NCBI RefSeq assembly: GCF_018350175.1
Contig: NC_058368.1
Location: 83,144,001 to 83,208,000 of the forward strand
Direction: 5' to 3'
Source: Felis catus
Taxonomy: Eukaryota
DNA length: 64,000 nucleotides
Shown: one piece after another, positions 50,201-63,975 of the stretch
Layout of the letters: each line of letters opens with the position of its first letter
Position numbering within the stretch: the first letter of the stretch is position 1
Translations under genes and position numbers: made by a program
The notes under the pieces: model-generated
Seen by the model: only the letters and a program-made list of their open reading frames with translations
Told to the model about the DNA's origin: nothing
Databases searched by the model: none

Positions 50201-51316
50201 GTACAAGAAAACAAGATCCATCTATATGCTGTTTACAAGAGACCCAATTTAGACCTAAAGACACCTTCATATTGAAAATAAGGGGATGGAGAACCATCTA
50301 TCATGTTAATGGTCAACAAAAGAAACCCAGAGTAGCCATACTTATATCAGACAATCTAGACTTTAAAATAAAGACTGTATCAAGAGATGCAGAAGGGCAT
50401 TATATCATAATCGAGGGGCCTACCCACCAAGAAGAGCTAACAATTGTAAACATTTATGTGCCAAATGTGAGAGCACCCAAATATATAAGTCAAGTAATTA
50501 CAAACATAAAGAAACTCATTGATAGTAATACATAATAGTAGGAGATGTCAACACCCCACTCACAACAATGGACAGATCATCTACTCAAAAAATCAACAAG
50601 GAAACAATGGCTTTGAATGACACACTGGACCAGATGGACTTAAGAGATGTATTCAGAACATTTCATCTTAAAGAAGCAGAATATATTCTTCTCCAGTGCA
50701 CATGGAACATTCTCCAGAATAGACCATATACTGGGACACAAATCAGCCCTAACTCCAAAAAGATCAAGATCATACAGTGTGTATTTTCATACCACAACAC
50801 TATGAAACTCGAAATCAAGCACAAGAAAAAATTTGGAAAGGTAACAAATATTTGGAGACTAAACAACATCTAACTAAAGAATGAATGGACTAACCAAGAA
50901 GTTAAAGAGGAAATTAAAAAGTATATGGAAGTCAATGAAAATGATAGCACCACAACCCAAAACCTCTGGGATGCAGCAAAGGTGGTCATAAGAGGAAAGT
51001 ATATAGCAATCCATGCCTTCCTAAAGAAGGAAGAAAGATCTCAGATACACAACCTAACCTTATGCCTTACGGTGCTGGAAAAAGAACAGCAAATAAAACA
51101 CAAAACCAGCCGAAGAAAGAAATAATAAAGATTAGAGCAGAAATTAATGCTATCAAAACCAAAACAGCAGAACAGATCAATGAAACCAGAAGCTGGTTCT
51201 TTGAAAGAATTAACAAAATTGATAAGCCACTAGCCAATGGATCAAAAAGAAAAAAGAAAATGACCCAAATAAATGAAATAAAGAATGAAGGAGTAGAGAT
51301 CACATCAAACACAGCA
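47249..51316 (-). mobile_element. 5'-inverted (twin-primed) L1: 47249-50143 on minus, 50144-51316 inverted on plus
   Basis: ORF2 peptides on both strands meeting at about 50143; TSD gaaatgagtaattttt at 47233-47248 and 51317-51332. Confidence 0.93.
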
Positions 51317-51357
51317 GAAATGAGTAATTTTTATAAAGCTGACTAACATATGTTTGC

Positions 51358-51568
51358 TTTTTTTAACGTTTATTTATTTTTGAGAGAAAGAGAGAGAGAG
51401 AGAGAGAGCATGAGAAGATGAGCAGGGCAGAGACAGACTGAAAGGGAATCTCAAGCAGGCTCTGTGACTGTGACAGAAATAGGACTCCATTCTACGAACC
51501 CTGAGATCAAGACCTGAGCCGAAATCAAGAGTCAAACACAAGTGACTGAGCCATGATTGTGACCCTCT
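51358..51568 (-). mobile_element. Can-SINE (degenerate)
   Basis: T-tail, (GA)n, gacctgagccgaaatcaagagtc. Confidence 0.85.
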
Positions 51569-52777
51569 CTGTATGTTTTTTTTTCATGAGAACTTCTGTG
51601 ATGTAATGCAAACATTAAGTTCTCTTCTGAAAAATGACAACTAGTTAATATAAGCCAATCAAAGTTCATCTTGTTTCAAATTGTTAAATTCTACTGATTT
51701 GTGATATTAATTATAGCTGCACAATTTACTCTTATTTTATAATATAACATAATAATGAGAATAACACCAGGGAATAGAGAAGATGGAGATGGTTTAGGAT
51801 TTTTCTGCCAGACACATCCAGATTAATTGCATACTTATATTCACAAAAGACATAAAAATAATATTTCATTTATTAATTCTACCAGTAATCTGAGAGAAAC
51901 TTGGTAATGCCCAAATGGTTGAGTGAATTAAGACAACTTTTGGAAATTATTTAAATTCATAATATTTCTGCTTATTAGATTAAGAGAATTTATAGAATTG
52001 TATTATAGACTTATAATTTGTCCAGAGCACATGTAATGGGTATTCTATTTATTATAAAATTTTACACAATGAATAAAGACATAACATTGTCAATCTCGTA
52101 AACAATTATGGATGCTGTATTCAATAATTTTCTTTTTCAATTTTCAGTTTTAAATAGGATTAAAACAAATACTACACCTCTTGGATTCTCTGCAAAGCAA
52201 ATAGATATGAAAATATTGGTGAGAGCAATAAAATAATATCCATAATGAATTTTTATTTTAATAAAAGAAAGTCTACATTTTAACCAAAATTTCTTGTTCA
52301 CAATATTGTTTGACATTTTTTTTTTTTTACTGAAATTCAATTCAAACATTAGTTAAACAAGTTGTTTTACATTTGGATGAAAGTACATACATATGTGTGT
52401 GTGTATGTGCATATAGGTGCAAAATAGCTGTTAGTTGAAGCAGTAGAGAAAAATTTTAAAATAGTTATTTTATAAAAAAATAATGAATTTAATATTGGTA
52501 ATATAAAATTTTTGTATAGAGAAATTACTCAAGACTGAAATTATATCCTAAGCTCTTGATAGGGTGCTTCAAGGATAAAACTATTGCAAAACTAGAGGTC
52601 ATTCATAGATTATTAGGATTAAAAATACATTAAGTCTGTATATAAAGAAAGCCTAAACCTTCAATATTCTTTAAAAAACAATTAGCAAGGAAAATAATAT
52701 GATTATAAATTTGCTTAAACTTCCTTAAGTTATGTGTGAAAAAAATTCATAAGCTTCTATTTGAATATATAATATAA

Positions 52778-54268
52778 AGGAGATGATTTGGAGCAAGATG
52801 ACTGAATAAGAAATTCCAGCTCTCATAATTTATGGATATAATAATTTTCACAATTATCCATGGATGGCAGTATCTTTGTGGGAACACAAGAGCCAGAGGA
52901 GGAATTTCAGAACACTGATCAAGCAAAGAATCCAAGAACAGACACATGGAAGAGGATGAGAAGAATGATAGCACTTTATTCATGACCTTCCCTAAGATAT
53001 AGCTCAGCATAAAGAGACACACTTGCCTTGCAAATTATCCCAAGGGAGAAAATAAGAACAGAGTGAGGACCTGGCTTCCCCAGCCTCACAAGATATCTCC
53101 TAAGAAGTTCATATATATGTCTTGCCTTACCAGATTATTGCAATTTTAGGCCTAGATGAATAATCTGGAGGTGCTTGGAGTAGAGAAAAGGAGTGGGGGC
53201 TTACAGCAACCACCACACAGACCTCAAAAACCCGTTACAGATGCTGCTAACTGGCTTTGGGTCTTCACCCATGAACTTTGAAGGTTGACTCATTTGCAGC
53301 CTATCAATGAGCTGATGCATGCTCCAACCCTACACACACGCCCCCAATATGGTGCATGTTAACTTCCACAGATACAATGCAATTCCACAAATGGCATGCA
53401 GAGTTTATGCAATTCAACAGTGGCATACAAACCTCCTCAGACAGCACAAAGATTTCAGTGACCATCCTGACTCTGTGCAATTGAGAGAAGGTATGCAATC
53501 TTGAACTCTATAGGGCACTGCCCTGGGAAAAATAAGTGAAAAGATTTCAGCACCCAGTCTGATATGAGATTCAGAAAGTGAAGATTGAGAGAATGAGATT
53601 GAGAGAAGGCACACAATTCTTGACTTATCCCAAGAATAAAAAGAAGAATCATGTAGGTGTATTTGTAGAAAATAACTGAGAGACGTTTTCCCTATCAGGG
53701 TTGACTGGTAAAGATCTTTAAATCTTCAAGCCACTCATCAAGGACTGGAGAAGGAGGCTACTTCTTTAAGTGTTAAGCAGTAATTCAAGAGTTTAAGGGC
53801 AATTAAGTACCATAAAACATAAGCCCACATAAGGAACAAAGTATTCCTTCCGTGGCTGTTTCCACAAAAATAAGGAACTGTGAATTGTCTGACGCACAAT
53901 TCCAAATAATTATCTTACAAGGACATAGACAACTAAACATATAATCAAGACAAATTGCATGACCAAAATATAAAGTTCGATATAGGTAATTAAACCACTG
54001 AAAACAAAAACAAAAACAAAATTTTGGAGCCGAAGAATACAATGACTGAACCAAAAACTAAATAGAGAACTTCTGAAGCTGAAACAACAAGCAGAAGATA
54101 AAATATGCAGCCAATAATTCTTTACTGAGCAAGAATTTTATCCAGGATAAGAGATATAAAGATAGATAAAGAGAAATAAATAATTTCACAGACAAAACCA
54201 AAGGAGTTTATGACAACTAAACCAGCACAGCAAGATATATTAAAAAGGACTCTTTGAGTGGGGACAAA
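52778..54268 (+). mobile_element. Old L1 5' UTR and ORF1 remnants
   Basis: ggagcaagatgactgaataag start; ORF1-like aagaatacaatgactgaa and aaggagtttatgacaactaaaccagc. Confidence 0.65.
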
Positions 54269-54429
54269 ATACCTCAGCTCTTCTTTTTCCTAAATCAGCT
54301 CTCTATAGCTCCTACCTTCCAAGATGGGGCAGTTTTTTGACCCCTAGGTGTGTATTTTTATTCTCTCAGTCCTCAGATCAATTTACTGGGTGTTCAAGAT
54401 GTTTTAATATTTATTTCAAATATCAGTTG

Positions 54430-57400
54430 GTTAAAATGGCAGAGGAGTAGGGAGTACGGAGACCCTAGGTTTGTCTCCTCACTCAAAAAAGCAGGCAGGG
54501 TACGCTGAGCAGAAAATCAACAAGGAAACAATGGCTTTGAATAAAACACTGATCCAGATGGATTTAACAGATACATTCAGAACATTTCATCTTAAAGCAA
54601 CAGAATACACATTATTTCCAAGTATATATGAAACATTCTCCAAAACAGGTCACATCCTGTGTCACAAATCAGCCCTCAATGGGTACAAAAAGATTGAGAT
54701 CATAACATGCATATTTTTGGACCACAATGCTATGAAATTTGAAGTCAACCACAAGAAAAATATTGGAAAGACCACAAATACATGGAAGTTAAAGAACACC
54801 ATACTAAAGAATGAATGTATTAATCAGAAAACGAAAGAAAAAAAGTATATAGAAGCAAATGAAAATTTAAAAAAACAAAAAACAAAAAAAACCCCACGAT
54901 GGTTCAAAACTTTTGGGATTCAGCAAAAGCTGTCCTAAGAGGGAAACATATTGAAAAAAAGGGTACATCTCAAGAAGCAAGAAAAATCTCAAACACACAA
55001 CCTAATCTACTCCAAAAGAGACAGAAAAGGAGGAGCACATGAAGCCTAAAGCTAGCTAAAGAAGGGAAATAATAAAGATTAGAGCAGAAATAAACAATAT
55101 AGAAACCAAAAAAAAAAAAACAACACAACAAAACAGTAGAACAGTAGAACAGATCAAGGACCTCGCTATTTTAAAGAATTAATAAAGTTGATAAACACCT
55201 AGCTAGATTTATCAAAAAAAAAAGTGAGAAAGAACCCAAATAAATAAAATCACAAATGAAAGAGATTACAACTAAAACATACATAGAAATACAAACAATT
55301 ATGAAAATATTATGAAAAATTATGACAACCAATAGGAGAATCGGAAACAAATGGATATTCCTAGATGATATAATTTATCAAAACTGAAACAGGAAGAACT
55401 AGAAAATTTGAACAGACTCATACCCAGCAAAGAACTTGCATCTGTAATCAAAAGTCTCCCAACAAACAAGAGTCCTGGAGATGACATTCCATGGGAATTC
55501 TACCAAGGGTTTAAGGAAGAGTTAATACCGGTGTGCCTAGGTGGCTTAGTTGGTTAAGCATCCGACTTCAGCCTAGGTCAAGATTTCACCATTCCTGAGT
55601 TTGAACCCTGCACTGGGTGAGCCCATTGAGCCCTCCTTCAGGCTCTGCACTTGGGATTCTCTCTGTCTCTCTCTCTTTCTCTCCCTCTCTCTCTACCCCT
55701 TGTGGGACTCTCTCCCTCTTTCTGCCCCTCGCTCACTTGTGCCCTCTGTCTCTCAAAAATAAATTTAAAAATAAAAAATAAGAAATAATATCTATTTTTC
55801 TCAAACTGTTCCTAAAAAATAAAAATTAAAGGAAAACTTCCAAAATCAGTCCACGAGACAAGCATTACCTTGTTTCCAAAACCATATAAAGAACCTGCTA
55901 AAAAGGAGAATTACAGGCTAATATCCTGATGAATGTGGACGCTAAAATTCTCAACAATATACCAGCAAATTGAACCCAATAGTACATTAAAAGAATTATT
56001 CACCATGATCAAGTGGAGTACATTCCTGGGTTTCAGGATTTGGCCAATATTCACAAATCAGACAATGTGATACATGAAATTAATAAAAGAAAGGATAAGA
56101 GTCATATGACTCTTTCAATTGATGAATAAAAAGCATTTGACAAAATACAGCACCATTTTTTTATTTAAAAAATAATGTTTATTTATTTTTGAGAGACAGT
56201 GTGAGTGGAGGAGGGGCAGAGAAAGAGGTAAACACAGAATCTGAAGCAGGCTCCAGGGTCTGAGCTGTCTGAAAAGAACCTCTTGCAGGGCTCAAACTCA
56301 TGAACTGTGAGATTATGACCTGAGCCAAACTGAGACGCTGAACTGACTGAGCTACCCAGGGACCCCAGAAGCATCGATTCTTAATAAAAACCCTCAAAAA
56401 CTAGGTATAGATTGAATATGCCTTAACATCATAAAGGTCATATACAAAAGACCTGCAGCTAATATCATCCTAAATGCGGAAAGTCTGAGAGCTTTTCATG
56501 TATGGTCAAGAAAAAGGCAGTGATGTCCACTCTCACCATTTCTCTTTAACATACTATTGGAAGCTTTAGCCTCAGCAATCAGACAATAGAAAGAAATAAA
56601 AGGCATCCACATTGGCAAGGAAGAAGTCAAACTTTCACTATTAACAGATGACATGATACTCTATATAGAATACCCAAAATCTAACAAAAATCTGCTAGAA
56701 CTAATACATGAATTCCACAGTCACAGGATACAAAATCAATGTAAAGAAATCTGTTTCATTTATGTACACAAGTACTGAAGAAGCAGAAAAAGAAATCAAG
56801 AAATTGATCTCATTTGAAATGCACAATAAGATAAAAGGAAGAATAAGATACATAGGAATAAAACTAACCAAAGAGGAAAAAGTTCTCTACTTTGAAAACT
56901 ATAAAACAATTATGAAAAAAATTGAAAAGGACACGAAGAAATGGTAAAACATTTCATGCTCAGGGAACAGACAAATATTGTTAAAATGTTTATACTACCC
57001 AAAGAATCTACATATTTAATGCAATCTATATCATAATATGTTTTTTTATGTTTTAACCTAATTTTTTACAGGGTTAGAACAGACAAACCTAAAATCTGTA
57101 TGGAACCACAAGAGACCCCAAATAACCAAAGCAATCTTGAAAAAAGCAAAGTAAAAATGGAGGCATCCTGATTCCAGATTTCAAACTATAATACAAAGCT
57201 TTAGGCATCAAGATAGCATGGTACTGCCACAGAAACTGGCACATGGATCAATGGAACAAATAGAAAACCCAGAAATTGACTAAAACTATATGGCCAACTA
57301 CTCTTCAACAAAATAGGAAATAATATCCAATGGAAGAAAATCTCTTCAACAAATGGTGTTGGGAAAACCGAACATCAACATACAGAAGAAACTGAACAAC

Positions 57401-58570
57401 TTTCTTACACCATACACAAAAATAAATTCAAATGTATGAAAGACCCAAATGTGAGACAAGGAAACCATCAAAATCCTAGAGGATAACACAAGCAGCAACC
57501 TGTTTGTTCTCGGACATAGCAACATTTTTCTAGATACATCACCGGAGTCAAGGAAAACAAAGCAAACATGAACTATTGGGACATCATCAAGATAAAAACT
57601 TCTGTACAGTGAAGGAAACAATCAACAAAACTAAAAGACAGCTTAAAAAATAGGAGAAGATATTTGTCAATGACATACCTGATAAAGGGCTAGTATCCAA
57701 AATCTATAAAGAACTTATCAAACTCAAAACCCCCACAATACAAATAATCCATGGGCAGAATACATGAATAGACATTTTTCCAGAGAATACATCCAGATAG
57801 CTAACAGACACATGAAAATATGTTCAACATCACTCATCCTCAGAGAAATACAAATCAAAACCATAATGAGATACTACTCAATAACCTGTCAGACTGGCTA
57901 AAATTAACACTAGATACAACAAGTATTGGTGAGGATGCAGAGAATGGGGAACACTCTTGCACTGTTGGAGTGAATACAAACTGGTGTAGCCACTGTGGAA
58001 AACAGTATGGCAGGTCCTCAACAATTTAAAAATAGAACTACCCTTCAATCTAACAATTGCACTACAATGTATTTACCCAAAAGATACAAAAATACAGATT
58101 CAAAGGGGTACGTGTATCCCAACGTTTATAGAAGCTAAACTATGGAAAGAGTCCTAATGTCCATCAACCGATGATTGGATATAGATGATATAGTATATAT
58201 CATCTACATCCATCAAAAGGAATAGAATATTGCCATTTGCAATGAGATCAATGGAGGTAGAGTATACTATGCTAAGAAAAAAGTCAGATAAAGAAAGACA
58301 CATGCCATATAATTTCACTCATTTGAAATTCAAGAAAAAAACAAATGAACATATGAGAAGGTGAAAAGAGAGGGAAACAAACCATAAGAGACTCTGTGTT
58401 AGTGTGGGGTGGGCTAAATGGTGATTTGTTTTAATGATTTTTATTAACAAGGGCACTTGTCATCTTGAGCACTGGGTGTTATACATAAGTGATGAATTAC
58501 TAAAACCTACTCTTCAAAACAATATTACACAATATGATAAGTAACTAGAATTTAAATTAAAATTTGAAGA
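54430..58570 (+). mobile_element. L1 (ORF2 to 3' end) with nested Can-SINEs at 55530-55785 (+) and 56156-56367 (-)
   Basis: KINKETMALNKTL...MDLTDTFRTFH, RT sequence (acagatgacatgatactctat), 3' UTR and A-tail at about 58550-58572. Confidence 0.9.
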
Positions 58571-58619
58571 AAACCCCACCTGTTATTTCTTGTCTTTTTG
58601 ATGTTATTCTGAATTTGTG

Positions 58620-58861
58620 ACATAATACCACATTATGGAGTTCAAAAGGATATATGCACTCCTATGTTTATCCCAGATTATTTACAATAGCCAAGATATG
58701 GAATAAAACTAAATGTACAATGATAGATGAAGATATACATGTCAGATAAAATCGTGTCACTAGTGACAACATGAATGAACCTAGAGTTGATTATGCTAAG
58801 TGAAATAAGACAGAGAAAGTCAAATCCGAAATGATCTCACTTATATGTGAAATCTAAAACA

Positions 58862-58900
<39 letters not shown>

Positions 58901-59200
58901 ACAAATAACAGAAAAAGATTCATAGAGAACAAACGAATGGTTGCAGAAGAGATAGGGTGAGGGAGTAAGCAAAATTGGTGAATGGGGATTCAGATATATA
59001 AACTCCTCTTTATAAATAAGTTATAAGGATGAAAAGCACAGTGTAGAAAATATAATAAATTATTTTGCAATAATTTTTGGATAGTGACAAAAGGTATGTA
59101 CATTTACCATGCTCAGCTTTGTGTAAGGTATAGAATTGTCAAATTGTGCTTTATACCTGTAACTAATATAACATTGTATGTCGACTGTAATTAAAAAAAA
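58620..59200 (+). mobile_element. L1 3' end with (GA)n at 58867-58897
   Basis: gatatatgcactcctatgttt...atgctaagtgaaataa...aactaatataacattgtatgtc...taattaaaaaaaa. Confidence 0.85.
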
Positions 59201-60626
59201 GATAACAAAGGAACAGACATGAATGGCATATAATTCAGGGATCCAACAGACATATATGGAACATTCCATCCAAGAGCAGCAGAACACATTTTCTTCACAA
59301 GTGCACATGGACTACTCTCCAGGATAGATAATATGGCAGGCCATGCGGTGAGTCTAAAAAAAAAAAATAAGAAAATTGCAATAGTATGTTTCTTTTCCAC
59401 CCACAATGGTATAAAACTAGAAAGGATTATTAACAGGAATAATAGGATAAATTTACAAATTTAGCAGACATAAACATAGACATTATAGTAGTTTTCTTAT
59501 AGTAGATAAAATGCAATACAGATTATAAAAGCCAATGGAGATTATTAAAAAATAGAGATTATAAATAACATAATATAGAAATGTTTTTGAAAAGGTAAAA
59601 AAATTGGCAAATCTTTAGCTAGACTAATTTAAATAGAAAGGACTGAAATTAGTGACATTATCAGTGAAAGAGATATTGCAACTGGTACCACGGAATAACA
59701 AATGATCATAAGAAGAATGAAAAATTATATGCGTGGAAATTCGCTAACCAAGAGGAAAAGGATACACTTCTGTAAATTTACAACCTACCAAGACTGAATT
59801 ATGATGAAATGGAAAATCCAGGGAGACAATTAACAAGTAAGAGACGAAATCACTAACCAAAACCTCACAATACAAGAATTCCAGGAGCAGATGGCATCAT
59901 TAGTGAATTCTAGTAAACATTTAATCATGAGTTAATAAGTATCCCTCTCACACTCCTTAAAAAATGAATAGCAGGGAATGCTTCCAAACTCATTTTATGA
60001 GAAAAGTGTTAATATAATACTAAAGGCAGTGAACTCTAACCAAAACAAAACAAAACGAAACTATAGGCCTGAATTCATGATGACCACAGATGTAAAATTC
60101 TTCAAAAACATATTAGCAACTTGAATTCAACAGCACATTACAATTATTACACACATACATAAGGACTTCTTTATAAGGCACAAATATATTTCAACATTCA
60201 TAAATCAATTATGATACATTAGATAAACAAAATAAAGAATAAAAAATAATGCAATCCAGAGAAAAAAGTATGACAAAATTCTGAGAAATTTTGTCCAGAG
60301 AAAAAAGTATGACAAAATTCTCAATTCTTTTATGAGTGAAAACTCTCAACAAAGTGGATTTAGAGGGAAGGTAGCTCAACATAATAAAGGTTATATGTGA
60401 CAAGCCCATGGCTGACATTACACTCAATGGCAGAAGACTGAAAGCTTTCTTTCTAAAACCAAGAACAAGCAAGGATGTCCACTCTCCCTCCTCTATTTAG
60501 CTGAGTACAGAAAGGCCTAGCCAGAATATTAACAAATATAAATAAAAGTCACCTAATTTGAAAAGAAAGATTTTCTCTACTTGCAGACTGCATGATTATT
60601 ATAGAGAAAACTAAAGTCTCCATTAT

Positions 60627-60862
60627 CCTGAGAAACTTAGAAGACCATGAGGGAGAGGAAGGAAAAAAAAAGTTGGAGAGAGAGGGAGCCAAACCATAAG
60701 AGACTCTTAAAAAACTGAGAATAAACTGAGGTTTGATGGGGTATAGGGGGGAGGGGAGGATGGGTGATGGGTATTGAGGAGGGCACCTATTGTGACGAGC
60801 ACTGGGTATTGTATGGAAACCAATTTGACAATAAATTTCATATTAATAAAAAAAGAAAAAAT
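60627..60862 (+). mobile_element. Young 5'-truncated L1 3' UTR
   Basis: gagcactgggtattgtatggaaaccaatttgacaataaatttcat plus A-tail; same type as 6044-6455. Confidence 0.9.
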
Positions 60863-60872
60863 AATAATGGTA

Positions 60873-61106
60873 GGGGTGCCTGGGTGGCTCAGTCAGATAA
60901 GTGTCCAACTTTGGCTCAGGTCTTGAACTCACATGAACTCGCGGTTTGTGAGTTCAAGCCCCGCATCAGTCTCTGTGCTGACAGCTCAGAGCTCAGAGCC
61001 TGGAGCCTGCTTCAGATTCTGTGTCTCCCTCTCTCTCTGCCCCTCCCCTGCTCATGCTCTGTCTCTGTCTCTCAAAAATAAATAAATGTTAAAAACATTA
61101 AAAAAA
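60873..61106 (+). mobile_element. Can-SINE
   Basis: Full body with a small internal duplication gctcagagctcagag. Confidence 0.93.
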
Positions 61107-61119
61107 TACTGATATAACA

Positions 61120-61245
61120 AGGGATGACTGGCTGGCTCAGTCAGAAGAGCATGTGAGTCTTGATCTCAGGATTGTGAGTTTGAGCCCCACGTTAGGTGTA
61201 TAGATTATTAAAAATAAATTAACAAACAAATAAACAAACTAAAAA
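61120..61245 (+). mobile_element. Short old Can-SINE (shared with 34239-34355)
   Basis: ctggctggctcagtcagaagagcatgtgagtcttgatctcagg. Confidence 0.85.
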
Positions 61246-61487
61246 AATTCTGGTAGAATGAATAAATTTACCCTGTTAAATTTAACTAGAGAAATCAACA
61301 TACAAAATCAGTTGTTTTTATATATTAACAAGTATATGAAATTGAAATAAAGAAAACAATCCCATTTTCATTAAGCAATCCCATTTACAGCACCAAAATG
61401 AATTAAATACTTAAGAGTAAATTTTACCATAGAGGTAAAAAACCTTTGTACTGAAACTATAAAACATTAATGAAATCAGTTGGAAAA

Positions 61488-61531
<44 letters not shown>

Positions 61532-61976
61532 TGGAAAGATATGTGCTCATGAATTGGAAGAATAGCATTGTTAAAATGGCCACACTATCCAAAGTTATCT
61601 ACAGACTCAATTCAATCACTTCCTACATTCCAATGCTTTGTATATCCAAAGAAATTCTAAGAAAAAAAGAACAAAGCTGAAAGTGTGACATGTACTGATT
61701 TCAAATTATATTGTAAAGGTATAAATATCCAAACAATACAATATACATAAAGACACAGAGATCAACAGAACACAACAGAGGCCATAAATAAGCCCAAACA
61801 TATATGTTCGATTAATATTCAAAAAAGGCACTGAAAGTGGGAGGAAGGGGGACTCTCTTAGAGAAATGATGTTGGGAAAACTGATCTAATTCAATTAGAT
61901 CCTTATCTTACAACATACCAAAAATTAAAAACAAAATAATTAAAGATTTAACATAAAATCTGAAAGACTTTCAGCA

Positions 61977-63975
61977 CTATTTTAAATAGTAATGATTAGA
62001 ACAGGTATCCTTGTTTCTGACCATAGGAGAAAGGCTGTTTTTCCCCATTGAGGATGATAATAGCCATGTGTCTTCATATATGGCCTTTATGATATTGAGG
62101 TATGTTGCATCTATTCCTAATTTGTTGAGGGTTTTTATCAAGAAAGGATGCTCTATTTTGCCAAGTGCCTTTTCTGCATCCATTGACGTGATCATATGGT
62201 TGTTATCCTCTCTTTTATTAATGTGATGTACCACATTGACTGATTCATGAATATTGAACAACATCCCTCCATCCCAGGAATAAATCCCACTTGATCATGT
62301 TGAATAATTATTTTAATGTACTGTTGAATTCTATTTGCTAGTATGTTATTGAGAATTTTTGCACCAGTGTTCATCAAAGATATTAACTTTTAGTTCTCCT
62401 TTTTAATGGGGTCTTTGGTTTGAAATCAAGGTAATGGTGGCCTTGTGAAATGAGTTTGGAAGTTTTCCTTCCATTTCTATTTTTTTTTTTTTGGAATAGG
62501 CAGAGAAGTATAAATATGTATCTTCTTTGAACATCTGATATAATTCCCCTAGAAAGCCATCTGGCCCAGGAATTTTATTTGTTGGGAGATTTTTGATTAC
62601 TGATACATTTTCTTTGCAGTATGGGTTTGTTAAAATTTTCTATTGCTTCCTGTTTCAGTTTTGGTAGTTTTTAGGTCGAGGAATTTGTCTATTTCTTTCA
62701 GATTGTCCAGGGTTTTGGCATATAATTTTAATAGTATTCTCTTATACTGTTTGTGTTTCTGGGGAATTGGTTGTGCTCTCTCCTCTTTCATTCATGATTT
62801 TATCTATTTGGGTTCTTTATCCTTTCTTTGTGATAAGCCTGTCTAGAGGTTTGTCAATTTTATTAATTCTATTGAATAAATATCTCTTAGTTTCATTGAT
62901 CTGTTCTACTTTTGTTGTTGTTCTTGTTTGTATATTGTTTATTTCTGCTCTAATATTTATTATTTCCCTTCCGCTGGCTGTAAGCTAATTCTTTTCAGTG
63001 TAAGGTTAGGTTGTGTATTTGAGATATTTCTTCATTTTTGATATGGGCATAAATTGCAATATACTTCCCACTTAGATGTGCCTTTGCTGCATCCCAAAAG
63101 TTTAGGACTGTCATGTTTTAATTTTAGTTTTCTTCCATTTATTTGTTTAAAAAACATTTTTTAATGTTCATTTATTTTTGAGAGACAGAGCGTGAGTAGG
63201 GGAGGGGCAGAGAGAGACAGACAGACAGAATCTGAAGCAGGCTCCAGGCTCTGAGCTGTCAGCACAAAGCCTGACACAGGGCTTAAACCCACAAGCTGTG
63301 AGATCATGACCTGAGAGAAAATCAGAGACTTAACCAACTGAGCCACCCAGGCGCCCCTTCCATTTTTTTAAATCCTCTTTAATATCCTTGTTAACCCATT
63401 CATTCTTTAGTAGGATTTTCTTCAACCTCCATGTATTTGAGGGTTTCCCATTTTTTTTCTTGATGTTCACTTCAAGTTTCATAGCATTGTCTAAAAATAT
63501 GCATGGCATATTGGGATGATTTGCAACTCAGGATGTGATCTATTCTGGAGAGTGTTCCATGTGCATCCCAACAGAATGTGTACTCTTCTGCTTTAGGATG
63601 AAATATTAAGAATATATCTGTTAAGTCCATCTGGTCCAGTGTATCATCCAAAGCCATTGTTTCCTTAGTGGTTTTCTGCTTCAATGATCTGTCCATTGTT
63701 GTAAGTGAGGTGTTAAAGTCCCCTACTATTATCGTATTATCAATGTGCTTTTTTACATTTATCATTAATTCATTTATGTATTTGGGTTCTCTGAAGGTGG
63801 GGGCATAAATATTTATAATTGTTAGACTTCTTGATAGATAGGTCCTTTAATTATGATACGTTGTCCTTCGTTGTCTCTTGCTATAGTCTGGTTTAAAAAT
63901 AGTTGATGTAAGTATAGCAACTCCAGCTTTCTTTTGACATAAATTAGCATGATAAGCGGTTCTCTATCCCCTCAC
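61977..63975 (-). mobile_element. L1 ORF2 fragment (endonuclease to RT) with a nested antisense Can-SINE (63157-63357)
   Basis: Minus-strand peptides [42 protein letters not shown]. Confidence 0.9.

Larger units (their letters stand above)
39420..61970 (+). repeat. Paralogous OR unit 3
   Basis: See unit 2. The left boundary abuts an old antisense L1 at about 39415. Confidence 0.85.
59205..61970 (+). mobile_element. Old L1 ORF2 fragment interrupted by younger inserts
   Basis: Endonuclease to RT sequence; paralogous to 33100-34880; (CA)n at 61489-61528. Confidence 0.87.
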
